From the NCBI RefSeq assembly GCF_009914755.1, contig NC_060932.1: 64,000 nt of DNA. One strand, written 5' to 3'. Both the position numbers and the translations under genes were made by a program. Position 1 is the stretch's first letter, and every line of letters starts with the position of its first letter. The stretch comes from the human T2T-CHM13v2.0 reference genome, Homo sapiens. Below the pieces are notes generated by a model. It ran no database searches and was not told where the DNA came from. It saw only the letters and a list, made by a program, of their open reading frames with translations. Below, in pieces: positions 41,708 to 56,850 of the stretch.

Positions 41708-43968
41708 CCACTGATGATTTTCTAACTCATATATGCTTCTATATTTACTGGCTAGCACCCAACTATAAGTGTGTTCTCTTCTATTCCATTTAAATATTTA
41801 TGTATATATTTACATCACTAGGAAACCATGAATTTTTCCTTCAGATGATGTATTATAATCCATTATTATCTCTCTTTTTTCTACTTAAATTGTTTCAGAT
41901 TTGACCACTCAGAGCTCCTTCAGGATAACTCTTTTGCCTTTTTGACATTACCCCATCCCTCTTGGAGCACTTCTTTACTTTCTGGTTCAGCAGGATAGTC
42001 TAGGTTCTTTTTGTACTTTCGCTGCTTCAGTACTGGAATCGGCCTTCTCCCCAAGGAACTGTGGTTCGTTTTAGTAAATAATGGTATTTAGATACCAAAA
42101 TTTGAGTAGTATAATTTTGCTCATTGCTACTAGTAGGTCATTGATCAAAGGTCCTGTTAGTCAACAGAGCTAGAAAATATGTATGTATATATACATGTAT
42201 ATATACCCATATCCAAATGTATTTGCATATCCATCTATCTGTAAATAAGTGTTAAAAACCATTAACTCATACTGATAACTAATGTAACGCCATCATGGCA
42301 CAGTCTATTCTGTCCAAAATTGCCAGCATATTCAGTGAAAGAGCTTGAACTTGATCTTAGATTTCTGTGACTCTAATAGTCCAGATTCAAAACCACTTAG
42401 AATAAAACTTACTGCCCAAGCCCCATCCATTGTACAGATACACCCTTCACTCCACTTTCCTGAATATCAGTTACCCTACTCTAATGCCCCACATCACGAT
42501 TCATTCTTTCTGAAGATAAAGAGATAATTGAGACAAAGTTTACTTTATATGCTCATATCTGACAAAGAATTACAGTTCATGTTATTTTCGAGGTCTAAAA
42601 AAAAGGCTTTTAATATCATTTTTTATTCATTTCTTGACCTTGATGAGTGTCATAGTCAGTAGGTTAGGAATTGAATTTGCTCTTGAGCCTATTTCCAGCA
42701 ACTCTGAAGTGATATTACAGAGCATCCTTTACCCATATATTAATTAGATGACTTCTTCTGACTTTCTGTAGACCAAATGTGCTCTCCTCTAAAATGTGAA
42801 CTATGTAATTAAAATAAATACACATCACATTATTTCTCCTATATTCATTCCATCTACAACACACTGGAATTTCTTTTTCACACCTGCTTCAACCAACTTT
42901 CACTGGACTAACTGGATGAAGCAGTATTTGCACGTTTCTGTGTTTTGTTTTGTTTTTTTTTAATCCTGAGAACATCATGAGACTCAAAAGTGAGCACAGA
43001 ATATTCATCATAGTTTCATTCCAAAACATGCAAATTATTTTTAGGACTTCAGAAGCGCTCTAAGATGTCTGGAATCCTCCCCAGTGTTCCCCTAATCATG
43101 CAAATTATCAACACAACTCAGTATTTACATCCAGATTTTAGAAGCCTTTTATAACCATTAGCCTTATTTGCTTAGGAGTCTGTTACAAGTATATATTTGA
43201 GTCCAACACTATCAAGCCTTCCAGAAATCTGGGGCGATAAAGACTATGAGTACAAGAAGTTCAAGCTGAAATTGAGTAAAGAAGGTTGCCAAAGGAAGAA
43301 ATCGACAGTTTAGAAAAGTATAGACAATCTTTATTTTTAGCAAAGTTCATAGGATTGAAGTGTCAACACATAATTATAATACCACTTATAATGGCACTGT
43401 GCCAATATAAGCCAAAATACCTCCTGTTTTATTTGTAATTAAAAGCCTAAAAAATAAACAACCCATTTTTAATACTAATTTATCCGTTTTTTTACTCTGA
43501 TTAATATTTTAAAACTATTTTTGAGAAATTTAATTTTTAAAATAAGCTATTTCTGACTGCGGATAAAAGTTAGAGATTAGTTTCATTTTTCTTCATATAG
43601 ATACGGAAAATATTTTAGTCCTCTATGCAATTCATTCATTATTTTTCATTAAAAAGATGTATTTCTGTACTAAGCAGATATAATCGAGCAGATAGAGCCC
43701 TGAAAAATTACTTCATTAACAGTGGGATTCAGAGTACTGTTTAACTTGTAAATGTACAGTTGACCTTTAAACACACAGGTAAGAACTCTGCAGGTCCACT
43801 TTTGCATGGATTTTCTTCTGCCTCTGCCATCCTAATATACAGCAAGACCAACCTCAACCTTCCTTTTCAACCTGCTTCGAGTGAGGGTGACAGAGATGAA
43901 GACTTTTAGGGTGATCCAGTTCCACTTAATGTTATTTTCTTAACACCATTTTCTTTTCTTTCCTTTTC

Positions 43969-44596
<628 letters not shown>

Positions 44597-45254
44597 CAAC
44601 ATTTTCTTTTCTCTGACTGTGTTAAACTGTTTATGTAATTGGTAAGGCTACCAGTCAATCGTAAGCTCATAGTGGTTAAGTTCTGGGGAGTGAAAAGTTA
44701 GATGTAGATCTTCAACTGCACATGTGGTCAGTGCCCCTAACCCCCATGTTGTTCAGTGGTCAACTGTAATTCACATAAATGTCCTTGAAATTGTTAAATT
44801 TGAAAAACCCCAGAGAGAAAGAAGGGAGGAAGACCATCTGATTGTGAGACACAAAATGTAAAGGCCAATGATTTCTGCGTAGAGAAATTTAGTTAACAGA
44901 CAGCACATCGTTCTCTTCCCGTTCTAAAGCTAGAGCACTCTATATAAACTCTTCCCACTACTACACTGAGCAAAAGAGATAACAATTATTCTGATATCTT
45001 ATTTGTGGTACGTATTTTGCAAAGATTAGGGTTCTGTGCATCAGGCATTCCCTAGAACTATAACATAGAAGGTAGAAAAAGAAATAGTTATAAATATGCA
45101 GAGTATTTATGATGGCACTATAAACTTTTACAGAAGGAGAAGAACCAAAAAATGGGCTAGTGGACAACATAGAAACATAATAACGAAAGTGTACAAGTAT
45201 TCAAATAGTTATAGAACAGAACACTTCTTTAGCCATATCCAGTTCTACTCCTAG

Positions 45255-45907
45255 ACCTGGACAATAGGACCTCTGCCCTCAGCCCCTGCCTTTTGAATTC
45301 CTCTGGCCGTACTTCTCTTCATAAGGTGTGAGTTTCCGAGGACTGAGCCTACATGCCCACCTGAAGATGACACACACGCATGCCCAGAGTAGCTGGGGCT
45401 CCAGAATTCTCTGCTCAAGTAACTCTGCGCCTGCGTCCAGAGCTTGCATAGGTCTATACTTTTGTGAGTGAATTGCTGGGTCATCGGGATGCCTAAAGGG
45501 GTAGCCAAGAGATGTCTGTGGGTGTCTGGCAGAGGGAGCTTGGAAATTTGACTCGTTGAGGTGCAGGATTGATCTGGGGTAGAAAGAGACACGGGGCAGT
45601 CACAGGCCTGGTTTCATGTGTTGGTTCTCCTCATGCTACTCCACTCTGGGGTGGAAATCTGAGAAGTCAGGGACAGAAGTCTGAGAATTATAAATTCAAT
45701 CCTAATTTCCAAGTTGTTAGGAAGGTAAATTTTTCAAGGTAGAAGAAGACAAGACATGTTATCTGGGCTTGATTGATAATGTTTAATATTAGGTTGGTGC
45801 AAAAATAAATGCAGTTTTTGCCATTATTTTTAATATTTAGAGATTTGGTATATTGGCCTTTTTTTGTACTTTTGGCCTATGTCCTACAAATGTTGGGGGT
45901 GGGGCAC
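45255..45907 (-). mobile_element. MER45-like hAT-Tip100 DNA transposon relic
   Basis: GAAGGTAAATTTTTCAAGGTAGAAGAAGAC..ATATTTAGAGATTTGGTATATTGGCC..TTGTACTTTTGGCCTATGTCCTACAAATGTTGGGGGTGGGGC resembles the MER45B terminus. Left boundary is uncertain. Confidence 0.6.
45789..45833. mobile_element. Half MADE1 / solo Hsmar1 TIR
   Basis: TTAGGTTGGTGCAAAAATAAATGCAGTTTTTGCCATTATTTTTAA flanked by TA at 45787-45788 and 45834-45835. Confidence 0.88.
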
Positions 45908-48900
45908 AACTAACAAAATCTTACTTTGAGTTTCACCAACTCCTTAGACAGAAGAGATTTTTAAGTTAATATGAGGATAAACTAAAAATTATTTCTAGTC
46001 TGGTGTCTTTTCGTTTTGGTTTTAAGTGTGTGTTTGGTTTGTGTATTTGAATAATTGCTTATGTTAACTTTTCATTAACACTACATGCTTTCTTGCAGAA
46101 AGGGCTTTGCTCACTCTCAACTAATTTTTTTTTATTGTCATTATGAAGTCCTTTATAAAGATTCAAATGTGAAATGCCATCAAGATTCTGCTGCCCAGGT
46201 TACAGACAAGCTGGTCAGTGCTCTCTTATAGACTGCATAACCGTGTTCCATGTGACCTATAAGGAAGCTATCCACCTGCTTAAGACTTTGTAATTTTGTG
46301 GCTGAAAGTGACTTTGAATAATGTAGTTCAATAATTTCCATTTTACAGGATAAAAAACTTATGCCCAGATATCACACTTAACAATGATAATCTCTCCTAC
46401 ACAAAAATAAAAATAATTTATTTGGCCTAAAGAATAGAAAGCTCTTAATAAGTACTAGAGTTTTTAAAAAGTGATTTAAATTTTTTTTTATTCCATTAAT
46501 GTGTTTTAGTTTTGAGATGGAATGAGTATTGATTTTCAAAGTTCTTATCAAAATGCAGACACTTCTAAGAGACAAAAGTCTTGTGCATTGTAAGCTAAGT
46601 TAGTCGATAGCCGAGGTCTTGGAAACTGAACACAGTTCAGGAGCTTACAGGACGAAAGGCAGGAAGTAGGGGCAGGGTGAGGAGGTGTGTTGGTCAGCGA
46701 GATGGGAGACAGCCTGAAAGCATAGCTTAGTAGATAATTTTGCCTAAGGCCAGTTCTGTATGCAGGGAGATGCTGACTGGAGAAAAAGTGGCCCAGTTGT
46801 TGGATCTGCAGCACAGAACAGGCCTTGTAGCAAACAGGAAGTGACAAAAATAACTACCTTTTCAACACAAGCAGCAGCTTTAAATGGTGCACAATGAATT
46901 TTTCATCTATCAATTACACTGCAAACTAGAAAGTCACTGATAACAAGGATGCCTCCTTATGTCACTTCAGGGGACTGTTTAAAAATAGAAGACTGCCGGA
47001 AAACAGGAGAAGCATAATCAATACTGTGATTAATGGCAGTAATTTCACACAAACATCTGGGCAATTAAATATGCTCTTTAGGAGGTGTTTCGCCTCGTGA
47101 CTAGTGAAGGAATGAATGAGTTTCAAATCAAATATCACTGTCAGTATACTGAATAATTCACAGCCACAAACGACTTCAAACTGGAACATTTCCAGCTGTC
47201 AAATCTATAAAAAGTCTTATTTTAAAGAAAATATACTCTGGGTCAGCATTTCATTCTGCAATCCTTGTTCATTTTAATTTAAAGGCACTCTAACAATTAT
47301 ATATACACTCACTATCTATTCGTACGCACATGTTAGCTATGCATTATGGGAAATAAAAGGACTATGTCACATGACTTCTGCTCCCAGCAAAGTTAACATT
47401 TTTGTTGGCTGAGCAAAGAACATCCTCAGGAAACAATTAGCAGGCTATCGTAAGTGTTTGTGTTTCCACACCTGGGCCAACCATAAAAAATATTTGACAT
47501 GTTTGTTAAATTCAATTCATCAGGTTGAGTGTAGAACTCAGGAATCCGTATGGCCACATACAGTCCATCTTTAAGAAACATTGCAGTACTGTTTCTAAGA
47601 AAGCGTGCCATGAAATCAATACCTAAAATACATAATCCAAAAGATGAAACTATTTGACCCAAAAACAGTCCAAAAAGGAATGGCCATGTTAACACCTTAT
47701 TTTAGGCATTGTACTAAGAGCTTCATTACTACACACACTTTAAAAAAAAAATAAAACTTTGTCATTTTAACAATTCCCTCACTGCAGTCATCTGTAGAAT
47801 CCTGGAAAAGAAAAGGATTTGTAAAATAATTACTTTTATACATGGGAAACAAGAAGGTCAGGGAGATGACTTGCCTGGTCCCAAAATTTAGTTAGTGATT
47901 CATTGGAATTCTATTCGGATCTATCCACTATGCCACACCGTCCCTCTCAGTAAAAAGTGCTATCATTAGTTAGAACACTTTGGTAGCTTTGCTGCAAGTT
48001 CAAATACTAGGATATCTACTAACAAGCCAGCTGACAATGTTACACCTCTTGTATCTTTCAAAAAAAAAAAAATGTTCTTACATCTAAAGTATCATGATAT
48101 TTTATAGTCAGAAAGTTCAAACCATGAGCAATGCCATAAGTTAAGTTGATATTGATTTCAGTTATGAGAAAGCATTGCTGTGAAAAGAGACTACACCATT
48201 TCTAAAAACTGAGACAATGAAGAATGTCCACTGGCAAATTGGTTACTTTGATTCCAGACATGTCCCTTTCAACTCCCAGATCATCTGGCCAAACAATTAT
48301 CCACCATCTATGCATCAGTGCAGACACTTACTTCTGACCATCTCTCTCCAGGCAACGTCAAGATTTATCATTTGAAGAATTTCTTTTCTTCACTCTCTTT
48401 CAGAGCCACCTCTTAGTTGGACTATTTCACTGCAACAGTCCCCTTCAGCTGGTGAGTCTCTCAAGTAATCCGTAAAACAGGTTGGAAAATTTCTTCCTCA
48501 GTTACTGTTGCAGCTGAAGGGAAGTGTGACCTGGCAGCAGGTAAAGATGAATTGGGAATGTGTACCGCTTCTTCATGCAACTTGTACATTCAGGGCCTGC
48601 TTGGACCTCATGTGGTATATACCACTTCCACTTGATGGAGTCCTACTGGCATGCTTGACTTTATGGCATGGTAGATCAGATATTCAATTAATCAAAAGTG
48701 TGAGTATCTTTATGGTTTGTGGTTCAGTACCTCATAGGACACAGTAGCAAGTTAACCATCATTTTTCAATTGAGAATAGTTACTTGCTGAAAAGTACATT
48801 TTTGTACATTTTTTTTCAGAACTGTGAAGACTTTGTGTATTACAGATTTCTGCTGGTTGAATCTGCCAAATGCAGTTTAAGTAGATACACTGAGTTATGA

Positions 48901-49289
48901 CAGCAAGATAGAAAATTGTTGATACTGTGGACAAACATCTCTCTCTTTCTTTGAGTCTTCAGGAAATCTAGCAGTCTTTTGGATTATTGAGTAAACGGAT
49001 TGAAGAACCACATCACAAAGTATTACATGTGCATCTCTTTTGATGGTGGTGTCTGCGAAGTGCAGCAACTTATTTGTAAATTTAGAGGAAATATTCTAAC
49101 ACACTCTAAACAATTAGACACATAGACATTTCCTCGAATATAGCATACTTTCTCACAACATTAATTTCCCATTTTTTGGTACGCATGCATCAGTATCTCT
49201 TAGCTCACCGTATCTAGCTTCTATCGGCATGCTGTCGTCAGTGCAGTTTTTAAGTATGAATTCTATGTAAGAGTAAGAATGGTTAATTT

Positions 49290-49590
<301 letters not shown>

Positions 49591-51616
49591 GAAAGATTAA
49601 TTTACCTTCAAACTAAATTGTCACACATATTTGACATAACATGGTGCCAATGTGGTAAAGGTGTACTGCTATCCTTGCTAAGTGAGATAACTGAATTTGA
49701 TAGTCTGTACCTATTGGAATACATTAAGAAGTCATCTGCCAGATCAGTAGCTACACATTGGGTAATAGAGACTGTACAAATTATTTCAGTAAAGAGATCC
49801 ACATCTGGAATAGCTGTGGCAGTTTAAATTACCATCTGTTATCATTACGATAATCTACCATCATTTTCCAAATCCCATTCACATTTTCCACTGGCTAAAG
49901 AGGAAAGTTAAATATTGGTGTGATACCAATCACAATTATTGAAGTTTTCAAATCTTCGATGATGGTGCTAGGCAATTTCTGTGCGTTTACTCCAGAGGTG
50001 TAGTTTTAATTTTGTTATTGAGAGGGAGCACTTGGAGCTTCTGTTTGGTCCTGCTTATTGTAATCACTCTTCACTTAGGTCTCCGAGATAGAGGTTCTAA
50101 CAGATGCTAAATGTAATATTCAAAATTCACTAGGGAAATAATCATAGTGTATGTTGGGATCCAAGTGGGACTATCTTGAATCAAAACCTCTCTCCATAAG
50201 ACCAAAGTTGCTATTTAGGATTCTAAGAATGAGAGAGCAAAGTCATTGTCAAAATATTCCTGGAAAGTCTGCATATTTACCGTATTTTAGAACATAATTA
50301 CATCGTGAAACGGTCACAGATAATTGTGATAACATTAAAAATTTCTTCCTCCAGGGTAACTAGGTGCATTGTTTTTCTTCAAATTTCAACAGATGCTGAG
50401 TCTATGGACCGATTCCGGTCTGAGAACTGGGAAGGAGCTCTAGCTCTCCAAACAGGTGATTTGAGTCAGGCCTCTGTTCAATTAGATTATAAGGCCTAAT
50501 TTTTTTAAATCAGTTGTACAATTCAGATAGGAATTTATGGGCTATCTTCTATTTTTGTCTCAGGGGCTTTAATGATGAAATAGCTACCTCCAAAATCCAC
50601 TAACATAACCAAACTGCTCTTGCTCCTGGTGGCCAATGACAGCTACTGCTACTTGGGCCTTTCCATTCTTGGGATCTATTGTCCTCATTGAGATAGTAAG
50701 CTGTTTTTAAAGTAGTTTCTCTCATTAGCACCCCTATTTAGTAGACAGCAACTTTTAAAATACTTTTTCAAAGTGGATGTTGCTCTTCTCCTCATCATAG
50801 GGAATGATGGAATATGACTAGGTGTATGTGAGTGAGCTACATGTGGATACAGAATTCTAACATTGCCATCTCATTTAGTCTTTGGATTTCTTCTTTATCA
50901 AGAAATTTTTGGCATCTCATCTTCAATTATTTGAACGAATAATGATTCCAGGTTTACCGTATTCTGTGCTGTTTGATCTAGCTCATTTGTTGCAGAATAT
51001 GTAGTAGTTAAACTCACACTGGTAAATTTTGCCAATTAAAAGTACGCGTTTCTGCCTTCTTGGTCTAGCACCTTCAGAATACTTTCCCATATGTAGCAGA
51101 ACCTGGGTGGCATAAATTTTGTAGTTTTTTGGTATATAAGCTGTTTCCTCAATGCTTGACATCATAATTACTTTCTTCTCAGGGTCTATTGGAATATGAC
51201 TCTAGCTTTATATCTGGAGACATTAAAATGTGTTAAGAACAAGGCAAAGATTTTATTAACTTGTCTTTGCAGGGTAACTCTATTGTAGAAGTTGCTATAG
51301 AGTCTTTCAACAAGGCAGGAACCACCTCATCAGGTTAGGAAAATGAGATATTTAAACTCACAGTGGGCTGTGAATTGAGAAGTCATGTGAATCCTAAAAG
51401 TTCTCCAATATCCCTTCATTTTAATTAGTAGGTTCTATTCTTTCCCAATACTAACCTTTAGGGTTTATGTAAGAGATCTAATGAGACTATGAATTAATAG
51501 ACATCGGAATGTGGCAGCATACTGCATCAAATGAGGGTTTTGTTTCTAGCTTTCTCAGAACAGTGGCTGCAAAAGTTAAGAAATTCATAGAAAGTCCCTA
51601 GTTTTCAGTAAATGGC

Positions 51617-51989
51617 TGATACGGTTTGGCTGTGTCCCCGCCCAAATCTCATCTTGAATTGTAGTTCCCCTAATCCCCACATGTGGTGGGAGGGACCTGG
51701 TGGGAGGAAATTGGATCATGGGGGTGGTTACCCTCATGTTGTTTTTGTGATAGTGAGTGAGTTCTCACAAGACCTGAGGATTTTATAAGGGGCTTTTCCC
51801 CCTTTTGCTGGGGACTTCTCCTTGCTGCTGCCATGTGAAGGACATGTTTGCTTCCCCTTCTGCCATGATTGTAGGTTTCCTGAGGCCTCCTCAGCCACGC
51901 TGAACTGTGAGTCAATTAAATGTCTTTCCTATATAAATTACCCAGTTTGGGGTATGTCCTTATTAGCAGTGTGAGAACAGACTAATACA
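51617..51989 (+). mobile_element. THE1C solo LTR
   Basis: TGATACGGTTTGGCTGTGTCCCC...GAGAACAGACTAATACA, 373 bp; TSD ATGGC / ATGCC; AP-1 site TGAGTCA at 51908-51914. Confidence 0.92.
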
Positions 51990-52072
51990 ATGCCTGAACC
52001 AATAAACTACAAATTTAGCTTATAATTTTCCTTTTTAAATCTTTCATGTGTTCTTACAAGGAAAGTCTTCAG

Positions 52073-52396
52073 GGCTAGGTGCACTGGCTTATTCCTGTAA
52101 TCCCAGCACTTTGGGAGGCTAAGGCAGGTGGTTTGCTTGAGCTCAGGAGCTTGAGACCAGCCTGAGCAACATGGCAAAACCCCACCTCTACAAAAAATAC
52201 AAAAATTAACCAGGTGTGGTGGTGCACACCTGTAGTCCCAGCTATTCAGGAGGCTGAGGTGGGAGGATCACTTGATTCCAAGAGGTTGAGGCTTCAGTGA
52301 ACAGCAATCATGCCACTGCATTGCAGCCTGGGCAACAGAGTGAGACCCTATCTCAAAAACAAAAAAAAAAAAAGAAAGAAAAAAAGAAAAAGAAAT
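52073..52396 (+). mobile_element. AluJ (Jb-like)
   Basis: TTGCTTGAGCTCAGGAG, GGGAGGATCACTTGA, GAGGTTGAGGCTTCAGTGA, GAGACCCTATCTC. Confidence 0.92.
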
Positions 52397-52799
52397 AATG
52401 CCTTCAGCTCATAGTCTTTGAGACCTTCAAGTCTTTCATACACTTATATAGCAGCAGAGCCTGGGTGTTCTAAAGCCTTGCCTTCTATTGTACCTGATCC
52501 CAGGTAATGAAACATAATAATTTAGCTATCTGTTTTGCTCCCAAGTGCCATTAGCTGTCCAAGATATACCCCTTTAAAGGAGGTGAATTTTCACTATTCA
52601 ATGTCTAACGAGGAGAGATACACAATTTTTAGTCCTCTATTCCCCCAAGTTGCTACTGACAACAACCACTTCAGTTCGGAGTTAGTCACATGCCATGAAA
52701 CCAACTCTGACTGACTTTAACTAAAAACAAATTCATTAAAAGGGCTGATGGTAGCTTACAGAATCACCAGGTGGGTTGGCTGAATAAAGAGGCATCAAA

Positions 52800-53285
52800 T
52801 CCCTTTACGATCTAACTCTTGCCTATATATTTGAATTTAATGTTCACAATTCTCCTTTATGTACATTGCACTCTAGTTCTGGAATAATTCAATTCCCAAA
52901 TGTGCTATGCTGTCACACCTGTATGCTTTCCCATAAGCTATACTTTTTGCTTGAAATGATACTTTCCTACTTTTAAGCTCTTAATCTACTACTTTTTTTC
53001 ATGCATTACCTTCTTTATCAAGTATTCTATGATAATCCTAACTAGAACTGCCATTGAGAATCTCTCATGATCTTATACCCATTACAATACATGTTATCAT
53101 ATTGTACATTATAGTACATTGTGCTATGCATCATATGCTATATAAATATACTAATTACAATGAGGTATGATAATTTAAACAAATTTGATTCCCCTACTTG
53201 ACTTTGCATAGCTTATCTCCTGTTCTAGCAAATATTTGAAATGTAGCAAATATTCAATTAATATTGAATGAGAAGACAAACGAAC
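52800..53285 (+). mobile_element. Degraded L2 3' fragment
   Basis: TTTGCTTGAAATGATACTTTCC..GTAGCAAATATTCAATTAATATTGAATGAG terminus. Confidence 0.5.
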
Positions 53286-54610
53286 CAATAATCATTTTTT
53301 GGAAAAGATAATTTATGAATTCACAGTAACAGGTAACATGTTACTGTTACAAGTATTTCTTTAAAGCATATAAAATTTTCTCTATCTGATCTTAAATCTC
53401 ACCTGTTTCTTCAGGATCCTCACTTTCTTGTTGGGGAGATGACCTAGAGCTTGTTGGTATCTTGTTCTAAGTTAATTTTACTCACCATTGCTTACCGCAC
53501 TGAACCTTTCCTTTGAAGAGTATTTCTCACACTCAATAAAATGGAAAAATTTATCATCCCTAAGCTCTTATCATCCAAAAACATCTGACCAAATATCTCC
53601 CTAACACTGAGGCTAAGTGTCCTGACAAGCAGTTGCAAAGATTTTCATGAATCTTCTTTTTCTCTGCCAAGTGGGAGTCCACAAAGGCTATATAAAACAC
53701 GAACAGACAATGGGGAGGAAAAGACAAAGACTACGCTGGGAAGTGGGTGAAAAGAAAAACCATGATCAAATGAGTCTGATTAATGCCCAGTGGCAGATGC
53801 AAAGCAGTGGAGTCATGGTCAGAGCATTCCTATGTCCGTGAAAATTTTGGATGTGTTCACCACAGGTTGCTTTTGTGATTTAAACTCTCTACTATTGGAT
53901 TAATACAGTTACACCATTTAAAACATTGCATAATGCTAAAACAATGCCATAAAATATAATCATTCCCAATTGCAGCCCCTACTCACATAGTCTTCCTCCG
54001 CAAAAATCTCTTCTGATGTTTTCGGCTGATTTTTTTTCTTGGCATTTAGCATGTCAGAATTCCTAAGTAATACACAAGTATTTATCATTAAATCAACATT
54101 AGACATCATCTCTGGATTTCCTGTAATGTTAGATGAAGATTAAGCTGTCTTCTATGTCATCTCCTCTGCTTCCCCTCCCTTATTTTCTTGATTGCTTTAT
54201 TATAATTGTTTGTTAAATAAAAATACAGCTTATACATTATCCTGACTATAACTGGAACTGAGCATTAAATTGAATCTTTATTAGAATTTAAAAATATTTA
54301 TTAAATTAACAAATGCCTTGTTTTTACATTTGCTTCATTTATTGGTACCTAATTGGTTAAGTCTCTATAAACTCCAAATACCTCCAGGTACAGTTTCCCA
54401 CAAGGCCAATCACATCACGTAATTTATTGGTTTTACTTTGTGTATTGTTTCACTCTGTGTGCATATGAATTATACTCACACACACATACATATATGTATA
54501 ATTTCCATACTGGAGTCATTGATTCTCCTATTTGGACTAGTTATTCTCTAGGTCTGCTATGTAGGACTTACCTTTGCTTTTATTTTAGGATTTTTTTTCT
54601 CAAGAAATGA

Positions 54611-54927
<317 letters not shown>

Positions 54928-55199
54928 ATTCCTTAGATCTTATGTGTTCTTATTTTATTTTCTTGTTTTGATGAAGCACATCCTGAAGTATCATCGTAGG
55001 TTAAAAATCATGCCATGATGACAAAGTCATGAGGCTAAAAGTCCTCAACATGCTTATCTATTCATCATACTGCTCCAATCTCAATTGGTTATCTTTTATG
55101 CCTGGTGCACAGTTGTAATCTTGGAGGTACCCTTCACCATACTCTTGGACTCTGGTCAGATAATTCCTTTACTGCTTTTTTTTTCTTCTCCTTCTTTTT

Positions 55200-56850
55200 T
55201 TTTTTAAATTCGGTTTATTTTGTTTTGCTAAATTCTATTTCCCTTTTTTGAATTTCTCATTGTTTAGTGAAACACATCTTTTAGTTGAGAACTGCAACAT
55301 GAGAGTAAAAAACTTTTGAGAACTTGCCTGGCTTTATTCTACTCTACATTTAGTGAATATTTGCTTGTGTATAGACTTATAGATTAAAAATAATTTTCAT
55401 TCAAAAATTTGAAGACAACACTGTATAATACTCAAATTGTCAGTGTTATTTTGGAAAAATCTAAGCCTATTTCAATTTGTTATGCTTTGTAAGTGAATTT
55501 TCTACCCTCTCTCTGAAAGCTTAATACAGTGTTTTGTTTCTTGTTCATGATCTGAATTTTCACTGTGACTTATTGTGTGTCCATTTTCATCCATTATACT
55601 TGACATCTCTAGGTTCTTTCAACCTGGAAACTCAAGTGTCTAAATTCCAGAAAATTTTACCAAATTGTATGATAATTATTTCTCTCCTTCATTTTCACTG
55701 TTCTCTTTTTCTGGAACTCAATTATTTGAATGTTGTACCTCCTAGACTTTTAAATCTGTCCTCTAATTTTCAAATATTTTGCTCTAGTAGTTTTTTCATA
55801 TCTTTCTTTTTTTGCTGTATTCTCCAAGAGATTTAACGTCACCTCTCCAAACTTTATATTAAGTCCTTCGTTGTTCTTACTATGTTTTTAATTTTCAAGC
55901 AAATTTTTTTTTCCTTTATGGAATATTAAAGATAGTTTTACATGTTTTTTCCTCAGGCATAACCTGTTTCCTTCATGGTTTTTGTGCATTTGTTTTGGTC
56001 TCTATCTCTCTGCTTAAGCCTTTCCTCAAATACCTAGAAACCCTTGATTATCTGACGCTGTTCAACAGGAGTAAACAAAAAGCTGATTGGAAACATTGAC
56101 TGTATTGATGGGATCTGTCAGTATGAAATTTAATAAGGGATAATTCTGCTGGCCATTATGGAGAAAACCCTGGGTACCAAATTTTATTAGGTTTCCTCTT
56201 GAGTTGTCAGATTCACCAGAGAAGAGTGTTCCACTTTCTGACACAGAGAAAAGCAGACAAACAAACAAAACCAAAATCTCAGTGCTGATGTTCCTGTGGT
56301 GAGACAGCGGAAGAATTCTGCATTGGTCTTGGAATTCAGCATTGAACTATAGAACAGGGGATTCATCCAATCCTCTGTTTTGGTATAGAAAGTCCCAATT
56401 CAGAGATTTTTTTTACCCTTTCTATGGACCAAACTTTTGAGTTTTGGGCTGGAAAAAGGAGAGTGAGTTATCAATGGCAGGGAGGCATGGACAGGATCTG
56501 GAGTATTTAACTGTTCCTTATAGTTCTAAATTCTTCTTATTTTAGTCAACTCCATTCACCTCATGTCCGCAGCTGCTTGGTGTGTCCATTCCCCCAGCAT
56601 TCAACACATATGTGATGGAGTTGGGTTTGCTCTCTGCTTGCCCCTCCCAGTTTCTATGATTTGGTTTCCTTGGTTCTGCTAAGCCAGTTACCAGGTGTCC
56701 ACTTGTTTTCAGCTTTCCAAATGTTGCCATGGTCTCCTCACTTGTATCTCCTTTTCCTAGGTCTTTGAAAATAAAGAAATAAAATAGATTTTCTATAGTT
56801 TTAGTAGAGCTTTGGGGAGAAGGAAATTATATACCTGTGGCTGATCTATC
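55200..56850 (-). mobile_element. Old L1 (L1ME-like) ORF1/5' region relic
   Basis: T-rich antisense L1M patterns: TTTGCTTGTGTATAGACTTATAGATTAAAAATAATTTTC, TTTTCACTGTTCTCTTTTTCTGGAACTC, CCACTTGTTTTCAGCTTTCCAAATGTTG. Likely extends left to ~53900. Confidence 0.6.

Noticed and set aside
49600-49990. Repeat-free stretch with opposite-strand ORFs (102 and 64 aa)
   Set aside because: The plus ORF starts inside an Alu; no splice or homology support. It may be a conserved non-coding element, but no motif cluster stood out.
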